DNA of 32,000 nt. It comes from an uncultured Candidatus Neoarthromitus sp. (lineage in GTDB: Bacteria; Bacillota; Clostridia; Clostridiales; Clostridiaceae). Made by a program: the position numbers and the translations under genes. The number at the start of each line of letters is the position of its first letter. Within the stretch, counting starts at the first letter, position 1. Location: contig CALADQ010000009.1 in NCBI GenBank assembly GCA_937890765.1, forward strand, positions 15,339 to 47,338, read 5' to 3'. Below are positions 9,910-17,158 of the stretch, piece by piece. The notes under the pieces are model-generated. The model worked only from the letters and a program-made list of their open reading frames with translations. It had not been told where the DNA came from and did not search any database.

Positions 9910-10892
9910 CAGAAATCAACCAAATTAAATAAATTTTCAAAAACTTCAAAATCTCTTTCACTAACATAATCTTTCAACTTTGTTTTAAATGAATGTCCAA
10001 TAATAAAAAGCGTGTTATCAGATTTGAAATCACACTTTAAAATTTCATCAACATTGTCATCATCAAAATAAAATACATTTTTAACATTTGGATAAAACTC
10101 GGAAAAACAATTTTTTATCACTCTCATATCCTTATCATTTTTTACGATTACAACATTTTCATATTTCAAAATCTTTTCTCTAAAAAGAAATCTAAAAATA
10201 ACTTCAATATGTTTTTCAACAACAATTTTTCTATTCTTATCTAGTGAAGTATTATCATTGTGAACTCTGTAATAATAAAGTTCTTCTTGAAGAATTCCAA
10301 TTTTACAACCATTTTGATGAAGCAAAATATATAAATAAACATCATCAACTAATCCATAATCTTTATGAAATGGAGAAAACTTTTTAAGAACATCACTTTT
10401 CCCAAAAAGATAACCTCCTCCGATATTACATCCCTCATAAATTAATTTATTTTGGTCATGATAATCTTTTATAGATCTGTTAACATATACCTCCATGCCT
10501 TTTTTAGATATTTCACTTCCATTACCAAAACTTTTTAAATAACAACCAACAACATCATAATCCTTTTCAAGAAGGAATTTTAATTGTTTTTCACACCTAT
10601 CTAAGTAATTGATATCATCTGAATCAACTCTGAATATATATTTTCCATTTGATATACTCAAAGCGTTTTTAACAGCTAAACACGTTCCCAAATTATTTTG
10701 AGTCATTACAATTATTCGCTTGTCCAATCTTTCATAATGCTTCAAGATTGAAAGAGAATTATCTGTTGAACCATCATCAACAAAAATTATTTCTAAATTT
10801 TTATAAGTTTGATTAATAATGCTATCAATACATTCGAACAAATACTTTTCCCTATTGTAAACAGGAACAATAACACTTACCAAATCGCCCAT
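9903..10892 (-). CDS. family 2 glycosyltransferase (copy C)
   Basis: The protein starts MGDLVSVIVPVYNREKYL and carries VDDGSTDNS and RVDSDDI. GAGGTG SD lies 7 nt before ATG 10892. It is a near-duplicate of copy B. Confidence 0.87.
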   Translation of the reverse strand: MGDLVSVIVPVYNREKYLFECIDSIINQTYKNLEIIFVDDGSTDNSLSILKHYERLDKRIIVMTQNNLGTCLAVKNALSISNGKYIFRVDSDDINYLDRCEKQLKFLLEKDYDVVGCYLKSFGNGSEISKKGMEVYVNRSIKDYHDQNKLIYEGCNIGGGYLFGKSDVLKKFSPFHKDYGLVDDVYLYILLHQNGCKIGILQEELYYYRVHNDNTSLDKNRKIVVEKHIEVIFRFLFREKILKYENVVIVKNDKDMRVIKNCFSEFYPNVKNVFYFDDDNVDEILKCDFKSDNTLFIIGHSFKTKLKDYVSERDFEVFENLFNLVDFCW

Positions 10893-10904
10893 AAAACTTC
10901 ACCT

Positions 10905-10942
10905 CAAAATAAAAATAGCCAGGAAAATAAAATTCCTAGCTA
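10905..10942 (-). terminator. terminator-like hairpin between the methyltransferase gene and the GT2 triplet
   Basis: On the minus strand the stem is UAGCUAGGAA (10942-10933) with UUCCUGGCUA (10925-10916), 9 of 10 bp paired. It is followed by UUUUUAUUUUG and then immediately by the GAGGTG SD of GT2 copy C. Confidence 0.5.
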
Positions 10943-11017
10943 CAAAATCTATATAAAATCAAATAAATATTTGATATTAACAATTTACCGTAAATTAATC
11001 TGCAAAAATAAAACAAT

Positions 11018-12886
11018 TTATTTAGTTATAACTAAAGTTCCACCTAAATCACATAAAGGAAATTTTAAAAGTTTATGGCCAATAATTTTTTCAAAATCTT
11101 TAACTGCCGATGATACACCTTTATACAATTTATGATTATAATCTCTAACAAAAATATATCCGCCTGGCGATAATCTATTGTAAAAATATTTCAATCCTTC
11201 TAAAGTTGCTTTATAAAAATTTACATCTAAACTAACAAAACAAAATCTTTCTTCAAATCCTTCTAAACTTTCAGGAAAATATCCTTGTTTAACAACAACT
11301 TTATCTTTATTTTGTAATTTATCTAATACCAAATCTACATTAGTAATTTTATAAATATCTCTAATATCATTTAAAATATTTTCATCTACAAATTTATTTA
11401 CTTTTTCAAATTCAATATCACGTTCGTCATAACTATTAAATGTGTCAAACAAATAAAGTTTTCTATCATAAAATACCTTACTTAAAAGTTTAGCAAAATC
11501 TCCTCTGAACACTCCTAATTCCGCTACTTCACCTAAAACATTGTTATTTTTAATCTCTCTCGCACAAAGTTCCAAAGTAAAAAACCTATTATAATCACCG
11601 CCATTAACATCATCTATATTAACTGGATTATTTTCATCGCTCACAAATTCATAATCACTATTAATTTTTGATGTTAAAACTACACCATTTGAATAATTAC
11701 TTCCATTAAAAATAGCATTACTTATATCTTTGAAAGCTTGTCCAATTTCATTAGCATATGATATCAGTTCTCCACTTTCCAGATAATTTTGAGCAGCTCC
11801 TCCATAATTTCTTTTTTTAGATAATATTCTTCCTATTAAACTGTACAAATTTTTTGAAGTTTCATTCATTATAGTGTGCTTTTCTGGATTATTACTTAAA
11901 TCTAATTCAATTTCTTCCAGAAATTTATCTATTTCAAAATCAGTGTTTATTAAAACTCTCTTCCCTTTTAGATATATAAGTTCTAACAAATTACATTCTT
12001 CTTTTTCTAATTCTTTTAAACATTCATCAAATTTAGTATAATCTTTAAGCTCTATATAACTTTCACATAAAACAAAAAGCGAATACATCTTCATAAAATG
12101 GTATAAATCTTCATCTAAATAAGAGTACTCCCCAGTATTATTTTTAATATAAGAGGCATAATTTATAATTGTTTGAGGAAGTTCTTTATTTTCTATTTTC
12201 AAAATTAAAAGATAATATTTCCATATAGGATTTGGATCTATTAAACTCATTCTGTTTAGTATAAATTCATTTGTATCCGATTTCCTAATAAAATTTTCAT
12301 AATCTCTTATTTTGAGAAGAGTTATTTTAGTATTAACATAGTTTTTATATTTTTTATTATAAATTCTATCTTCAAAATATTCTTCATTTTTTTCAATATC
12401 TAATATTTTAAAATTAATATTTGTACACGCTATTTCGTCTAATATAAAATATAATTCTTCTATTTCATCATAATCTTCTAAAAAAATTTCGTTTGAATTT
12501 ATATTTATTTGTACATTGTCAGAACATTTATAATTATGAATACTTGCATAAGAATTAGAACAAAATTTTTGCATATTTTTTTCAAATTGTCCATGCACAT
12601 TTAATTTTACTTCTCTCTTCCTATATCTTAAAAGATATTCTATAAAATTCTCCAAATCATCAAAAACACTATCTTCCAAAATATCTTTATAATCATTTCC
12701 AAAAAAGTATTTTTCTAAAGATTCAGAAACACTGTCGATCAATCTTAAAACTTTTAGTCTTTTCTGTATCTTCAAAATCAATTCTTTGTTAACTTTAGGC
12801 TTGCATAAAAGTTTCTCTACCATTTCATTAAAAAAATCAAAATTTCCTATTAGAAATTTTGAATAAGTATCCAAATAATCCCCCAC
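11018..12886 (-). CDS. fusion protein: N-terminal helical domain of about 400 aa (unknown) plus a C-terminal TylF/Methyltransf_24-like class I SAM-dependent methyltransferase
   Basis: GTG start at 12886 with AAGGAGG 7 nt upstream. C-terminal motifs are GEVAELGVFRGDFAKLL, LYLFDTF, VSLDVNFYKATLEGLKYFYNRLSPGGYIFVRDYN. These follow the macrocin-O-methyltransferase-type pattern E.GV.rG...LFD.F...lD.D.Y..T...L......L..GG....DDY. Confidence 0.75.
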   Translation of the reverse strand: MGDYLDTYSKFLIGNFDFFNEMVEKLLCKPKVNKELILKIQKRLKVLRLIDSVSESLEKYFFGNDYKDILEDSVFDDLENFIEYLLRYRKREVKLNVHGQFEKNMQKFCSNSYASIHNYKCSDNVQININSNEIFLEDYDEIEELYFILDEIACTNINFKILDIEKNEEYFEDRIYNKKYKNYVNTKITLLKIRDYENFIRKSDTNEFILNRMSLIDPNPIWKYYLLILKIENKELPQTIINYASYIKNNTGEYSYLDEDLYHFMKMYSLFVLCESYIELKDYTKFDECLKELEKEECNLLELIYLKGKRVLINTDFEIDKFLEEIELDLSNNPEKHTIMNETSKNLYSLIGRILSKKRNYGGAAQNYLESGELISYANEIGQAFKDISNAIFNGSNYSNGVVLTSKINSDYEFVSDENNPVNIDDVNGGDYNRFFTLELCAREIKNNNVLGEVAELGVFRGDFAKLLSKVFYDRKLYLFDTFNSYDERDIEFEKVNKFVDENILNDIRDIYKITNVDLVLDKLQNKDKVVVKQGYFPESLEGFEERFCFVSLDVNFYKATLEGLKYFYNRLSPGGYIFVRDYNHKLYKGVSSAVKDFEKIIGHKLLKFPLCDLGGTLVITK

Positions 12887-12950
12887 ATTATCCTCCTTAA
12901 TTATGCAAAGTATTTTATTATTACAAAATATTTATATTTATTATTAAATA

Positions 12951-12995
12951 AAAAATTACCAAAATAAAGAAGCACATACGAATTGCATGTGCTTC
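12951..12995 (-). terminator. intrinsic terminator of the 724-aa surface protein gene
   Basis: A perfect 9-bp stem, gaagcacat (12969-12977) with atgtgcttc (12987-12995). It is followed on the minus strand by UUUAUUUUGG. Confidence 0.72.
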
Positions 12996-13005
12996 ATAAA
13001 TATTA

Positions 13006-15180
13006 TTATTCTACTTTTAATCCTATACTGAACAAGAAGTTTCTAGTTTCCAATTCTCCTAACATTCTCTGAGAAATGGCTTGCATTGCTGCTGTTCTAT
13101 CTCCAAGTTGTGCTATTGTTTGTTCAAGTGTTTTAACCCACCATGCCAAACCTTCAGCATCTGAAGTTCTTCCTGTTACCGATCTATACATACGTTCTAC
13201 ATATTTAGCATTATCTAAGTTCTTTTCTTTATATTCATTTTCATTTACTATATTTGAAGTAAAGTAATTAACTGTTATTTCTTGTGATGAAAGTTTTGAC
13301 GTCCAATAAAGCATACCATCTGGATCTCCATCTCTTAAGAAGAATATGTGGTAAAATCCTTCAATCCAGTCCTTAGCATTTGTAACTTTCTTAGTTGTAA
13401 ATGCTTCTATTTCCATTCCTAATTCTTCACCATTTACTAGGGTAACAACTAATTCTAATCCTTTGTGTTGATTATTTGGTGTCAATCCGTATAATTTCAA
13501 CAAACTATTCTTAGAATCATAGAAAGACTTAGCTATTGAATCACCATCTATCCTAACATCTTTAACTATGCCATCTTTATCATTAAACTTAATTTCAAAC
13601 TCTGCTTTAGTAGGAGTTATATTCTTAAGTTCAAATGACTTTAAGAAATCATCCGATATATTAACATCACTTCCTGATGATTTACCACCCATAGTTTTAA
13701 TAGGAATTGGATTTACAGAAATAAGATCATAATTTGTAAACCTTCTATTTATATCCCCATCACCTGAATTATAAGTTACAATTAATTCTACAAACTTATA
13801 AGTAGTACCTGGCTTTAAGCCTTCAATTATAAAATCTTTATAAGCTGTAGCATTCTTTTGTGGATCTTTAACTAAATCATCTGTCTTACCATAAGATTGA
13901 ACTTGACCTATTTTATCGGCTTCTTTAAGAATTCTACCTGAATAAATTTTCCCTTCTGAATCTTTAATTTGAATTCTTTTTACGGTATTTTCCGGATCAT
14001 AAATAGCATCATAGAAAACTATTCCATCTTCTAATGGTCTAACGTTAGAATGCTTATAACCATGTGATTTATCATCGCTTGAAAATGGACCTATATACTC
14101 AACAATACCATTTCCTTTTGAAGAAACCTCTCCCTTTGAATTTACAGATAAATCAGTATAATAAGAAACTGTAGATTTTATAGTCATAGGGTCCAATGGA
14201 TTTGAATTATCTACATTTATAGCTTCAGTTAACATAGGATCAACATAAGGAATTATTCCTTTAGCCCCTGAAATTTCTGATTGTTGAGAAACTTTCCTAA
14301 CAACACTACTTTCAACTAAAGATGGGAATAACAATTCGCCTTGAAATTTAATATTTGTTACTTCACTTCCAGTTGGTAAACCATAAACCTTAAAGTAAAT
14401 ATTTCCCTCTTCATCAACAATTCTAGGAGCATTGAACTTGTTTGTATACTGATTTACCTTAGATACAGTACTATCCATTATTAAATCTAATACTGTGATT
14501 TTCTTTTGATCAGACTTAGAACCAGTTGAATAATCTACAATAAGATTAAAATCTTTATTAACTAATTCACCAGATTCATACAACATACCTAGAGAATTTT
14601 GAATGACTGTTGCAAGAGTCTCTTGCTCAATTAAACTTATTTGACTTCCTTTGCCTTGTTCAAGCAAAATTTTATTTTTCTTAACCTCTTCAACTGCTTT
14701 ATCTATAGTGTTTTTAAGAGCCTCCCCAACATTTCCACCAAATTTAACTTTAATGTATATATATCCTCCTGTTAGAGCATCTCTTACATTTGACTTTTTG
14801 TAGTCTTTTACATCTTCTCTAATTACAACTGTGCTTGACCTTAAAACTCCACCTTCAATTCCAACTATGCTCATAAAATTTTCAGCAGATTTTTCAACCG
14901 AAGCTGGTGCCTTAAAATCTTCCGTACCTTTTAACGGTAACATCTCATTTTCATCATATTTACCATTACCATTAAAATCAACTGCTCCTGGATTTGAACC
15001 AGCTGGAACTTCTGTATTAAGAAGACCAACGGTGAACTGTCTATCGCCTTCTAAGTATTTATCTTCAGCTGCCGGTATAGCAAAAGCGGTGAAACTTCCA
15101 AAATTAACGCATATAGTTGAAAACATAAACATAGAAACTAATGTTGCAACTATCTTTTTAGTAAACTTCTTACTTAACAT
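13006..15180 (-). CDS. secreted cell-surface protein with tandem C-terminal DUF4214-type domains (S-layer-like candidate)
   Basis: The track ORF runs to 15231, but GAGGAGGAAGAG directly precedes ATG 15180. That start gives MLSKKFTKKIVATLVSMFMFSTICVNFGSFTAFA, a signal peptide. The C-terminus carries two DUF4214-like units: WIEGFYHIFFLRDGDPDGMLYWTSKL... and YVERMYRSVTGRTSDAEGLAWWVKTL.... It is a paralog of the 969-aa protein at 23293..26202. Confidence 0.82.
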   Translation of the reverse strand: MLSKKFTKKIVATLVSMFMFSTICVNFGSFTAFAIPAAEDKYLEGDRQFTVGLLNTEVPAGSNPGAVDFNGNGKYDENEMLPLKGTEDFKAPASVEKSAENFMSIVGIEGGVLRSSTVVIREDVKDYKKSNVRDALTGGYIYIKVKFGGNVGEALKNTIDKAVEEVKKNKILLEQGKGSQISLIEQETLATVIQNSLGMLYESGELVNKDFNLIVDYSTGSKSDQKKITVLDLIMDSTVSKVNQYTNKFNAPRIVDEEGNIYFKVYGLPTGSEVTNIKFQGELLFPSLVESSVVRKVSQQSEISGAKGIIPYVDPMLTEAINVDNSNPLDPMTIKSTVSYYTDLSVNSKGEVSSKGNGIVEYIGPFSSDDKSHGYKHSNVRPLEDGIVFYDAIYDPENTVKRIQIKDSEGKIYSGRILKEADKIGQVQSYGKTDDLVKDPQKNATAYKDFIIEGLKPGTTYKFVELIVTYNSGDGDINRRFTNYDLISVNPIPIKTMGGKSSGSDVNISDDFLKSFELKNITPTKAEFEIKFNDKDGIVKDVRIDGDSIAKSFYDSKNSLLKLYGLTPNNQHKGLELVVTLVNGEELGMEIEAFTTKKVTNAKDWIEGFYHIFFLRDGDPDGMLYWTSKLSSQEITVNYFTSNIVNENEYKEKNLDNAKYVERMYRSVTGRTSDAEGLAWWVKTLEQTIAQLGDRTAAMQAISQRMLGELETRNFLFSIGLKVE

Positions 15181-15369
15181 CTCTTCCTCCTCGAAAGTAA
15201 TTAAATTTAAAATTAAACCCGCTAAACTCATTAAATTTATTTGATTGCGTTTATAAGTCTATATTCGAGATATTTAAAAAAAAGTTTACTGTATTAATTA
15301 AATTTTTATTTTTATAATTTTCTAAATTAATTTTAGGTTCATAAAATATAATATAAATTTATATTTTCA

Positions 15370-15834
15370 TTACATTAGAGCATCTTTCACTAATACAACA
15401 TTAAATATTTTGCTAGTGTACATAGTTTCACTATCATATATAACAAATTTCAATAAAAGCATTTTATTTTTAGGAATAAATTCAATTCCTTTACTTAAAG
15501 AATCTTGGAAGCTAGAATCAATTGGAATCCTCAAAAATTCTAAAAATTTATCATTATTTTCCACATTTTTCACATATATAGCAAAATCATATTTTTCAAG
15601 TTTTTCAAAATCTATTTGTTTTAAATTATAATTTATGTATTCAATAATTTGATTTTTAGTTAAATTCTCTTGAGTTAAATCAGATAAAAAAAGCTCTTCA
15701 CCTTTCATTCCAATAAACTTTATTCCCAATATTTTATTATTTAAAGTTTTAAATATAAAATCGAAATTTAACATTACTAAAAATATAAAAATAAAAGAAA
15801 GTGTTCCTATAACATTACGCTTTTTATAATTCAA
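15370..15834 (-). CDS. hypothetical small protein with N-terminal TM anchor
   Basis: TTG start at 15834 with GAGGGTG 6 nt upstream. The N-terminus is hydrophobic (VIGTLSFIFIFLVMLNFDFIF). I recognise no family. Confidence 0.55.
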   Translation of the reverse strand: MNYKKRNVIGTLSFIFIFLVMLNFDFIFKTLNNKILGIKFIGMKGEELFLSDLTQENLTKNQIIEYINYNLKQIDFEKLEKYDFAIYVKNVENNDKFLEFLRIPIDSSFQDSLSKGIEFIPKNKMLLLKFVIYDSETMYTSKIFNVVLVKDALM

Positions 15835-15888
15835 CTACAACACCCTCATTCCAATTAAAAAATTTCAAAACGAAAACATATTCACAAT

Positions 15889-16878
15889 TTAAACTTCTAT
15901 ATATTTATCTTTCAATACCATTTCGACCCAATTTAAATTATTTAAATACCAATTCACAGTATGCTTTAATCCTTCAAAAATTTTAATTTTACACTCAAAA
16001 CTCAAATTACTATCTAAATTTTCAATATTGTTGTAGAAGTTATTCTCATCTAACTTTTCGTTATTTTTTAAAACTATTAAAGATTCATCTTTATTTAAAA
16101 AAGATAAAACTTTTTTTGTTAATTCCAACTCATCTATTTCTTCACAAGAAAAAATATTATAAATATTTCCTGATTTTCCAGTACGTATTATTTTATCTAT
16201 TGCAATAACATGATCATAAACGTGAACTAATTTCATAAACTTTCTATTTTTATTAAAAAAAATTTTTTCATTTCCAATAGCTTTAACAATAATTGATGGA
16301 ATGAATTTTTCTGGATATTGATATGGACCATAATTATTTGCACTTCTAGAAATAGTTACTTCCAAATCAGAATTTTTACAATAACACAATGCCAACATAT
16401 CACTTGAAGCCTTAGTAAAAAAATAAATGGATGATAGATTTAATTTATCATTATTACAGAAAAATTTTTCATCGTACGAATGTAAATTTTCATGTATTTC
16501 ATCTGTTGAAACTTGATGAAATTTTTTAACATTATACTTTAAACACATATCCATTAAATTTTTTGTACCTATTATATTGGTTTTCAAAAACAAATTACTA
16601 TCTTTAATAGACTTATGAGCATAAGTTTCAGCTGCAAAATTTAGAACTAAATCAAAATGCTCCTTTGCAAAAACATCACTCAAAAAATCATTGTCTAAAA
16701 TATTTCCTCTATAAAATTTGAAATTTGTATTTTCTTTAACTGATTCTAAATTTTCAAGATTACCGGCATAAGTTAAAGCATCTAAACAAACAATCTGAAT
16801 ATCTCTATACTTATTTATCATGTAGCTTATAAAATTACTTCCAATAAATCCAGCTCCGCCAGCTACGCAAACCTTCAT
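15889..16878 (-). CDS. NAD-dependent sugar-nucleotide 4,6-dehydratase/epimerase (SDR family), RmlB-like
   Basis: Rossmann motif GGAGFIGSNF. RmlB-like blocks are LTYAGNLENL, VSTDEI, Y-FFT-K (YxxxK) and SRSANNYGPYQYPEKFIPS. AGGAGG SD favours ATG 16878 over the track's TTG 16881. Confidence 0.8.
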   Translation of the reverse strand: MKVCVAGGAGFIGSNFISYMINKYRDIQIVCLDALTYAGNLENLESVKENTNFKFYRGNILDNDFLSDVFAKEHFDLVLNFAAETYAHKSIKDSNLFLKTNIIGTKNLMDMCLKYNVKKFHQVSTDEIHENLHSYDEKFFCNNDKLNLSSIYFFTKASSDMLALCYCKNSDLEVTISRSANNYGPYQYPEKFIPSIIVKAIGNEKIFFNKNRKFMKLVHVYDHVIAIDKIIRTGKSGNIYNIFSCEEIDELELTKKVLSFLNKDESLIVLKNNEKLDENNFYNNIENLDSNLSFECKIKIFEGLKHTVNWYLNNLNWVEMVLKDKYIEV

Positions 16879-16994
16879 CAAATCCTCCTATAAAATTAAA
16901 TACAAAACATTTTTCACTTACCTAAGTCTACTATAAATTTTAAAATTCTTCCACTTTATAAAATAACAATAAATAATTAAATTTATAAAAATTC

Positions 16995-17023
16995 TTTATA
17001 GTTAAACAAATTTCATATATAAT
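16995..17023 (+). promoter_or_regulatory. candidate sigma-A promoter for the riboswitch-ade transcript
   Basis: The -10 is TATAAT at 17018-17023. A weak -35 (TTTATA, 16995-17000) sits at 17-nt spacing. The -10 context atatataatgttt is identical to that upstream of codB. Confidence 0.35.
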
Positions 17024-17036
17024 GTTTACTTATAAC

Positions 17037-17105
17037 CTTCGTATAAGCTTAATAATATGGTTTAAGCGTTTCTACAATATCACCGAGAATGATATTACTA
17101 TGAAG
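17037..17105 (+). promoter_or_regulatory. purine riboswitch aptamer, guanine/hypoxanthine type
   Basis: The sequence is CUUCGUA-UAAG-CUUAAUAAUAUGGUUUAAGC-GUUUCUAC-AAUAUCACCGAGAAUGAUAUU-ACU-AUGAAG. It aligns block by block with the xpt and add aptamers as I recall them: P1, a P2 with an AUAUGG loop, J2-3 GUUUCUAC, and a P3 with a CCGAGAA loop. The specificity position (17098) is C, as in guanine sensors. Confidence 0.85.
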
Positions 17106-17158
17106 ATTAAAATCCACGAAGGTTATAATATTTATTTACAAAAAGGTGGATTTGAAAA

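Larger units (their letters stand above)
8890..10892 (-). repeat. tandem gene duplication of about 1.0 kb (GT2 copies B and C)
   Basis: Long near-identical nucleotide runs sit at an offset of about 1013 bp. For example, 9241 atcattgtgaactctgtaataata... matches 10254 atcattgtgaactctgtaataata.... By manual alignment the proteins are roughly 85-90% identical over the first 250 aa or so and much less so in the last 80 aa or so. Confidence 0.85.

Noticed and set aside
10809-11135. 108-aa plus-strand ORF spanning the gap between GT2 copy C and the methyltransferase gene
   Set aside because: It overlaps the ends of two well-supported minus-strand genes and the terminator hairpin. It has no SD.
15181-15231. 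17-codon N-terminal extension of the 741-aa track ORF (MSLAGLILNLITFEEEE)
   Set aside because: The extension reads through the GAGGAGGAAGAG ribosome-binding site. The ATG at 15180 begins a canonical signal peptide, so the extension is an ORF-calling artefact.
14831-15244. 137-aa plus-strand ORF, and the similar 13076..13267 ORF
   Set aside because: Both are antisense to the surface protein gene. They are products of its relatively GC-richer, stop-poor opposite frame, and neither has an SD or a recognisable motif.
17037-17105. Assignment of the riboswitch as adenine-sensing, which is tempting because the downstream gene is adenine deaminase
   Set aside because: The specificity nucleotide in J3-1 is C (ACU), not U (AUU), so guanine/hypoxanthine specificity is the sequence-supported call.
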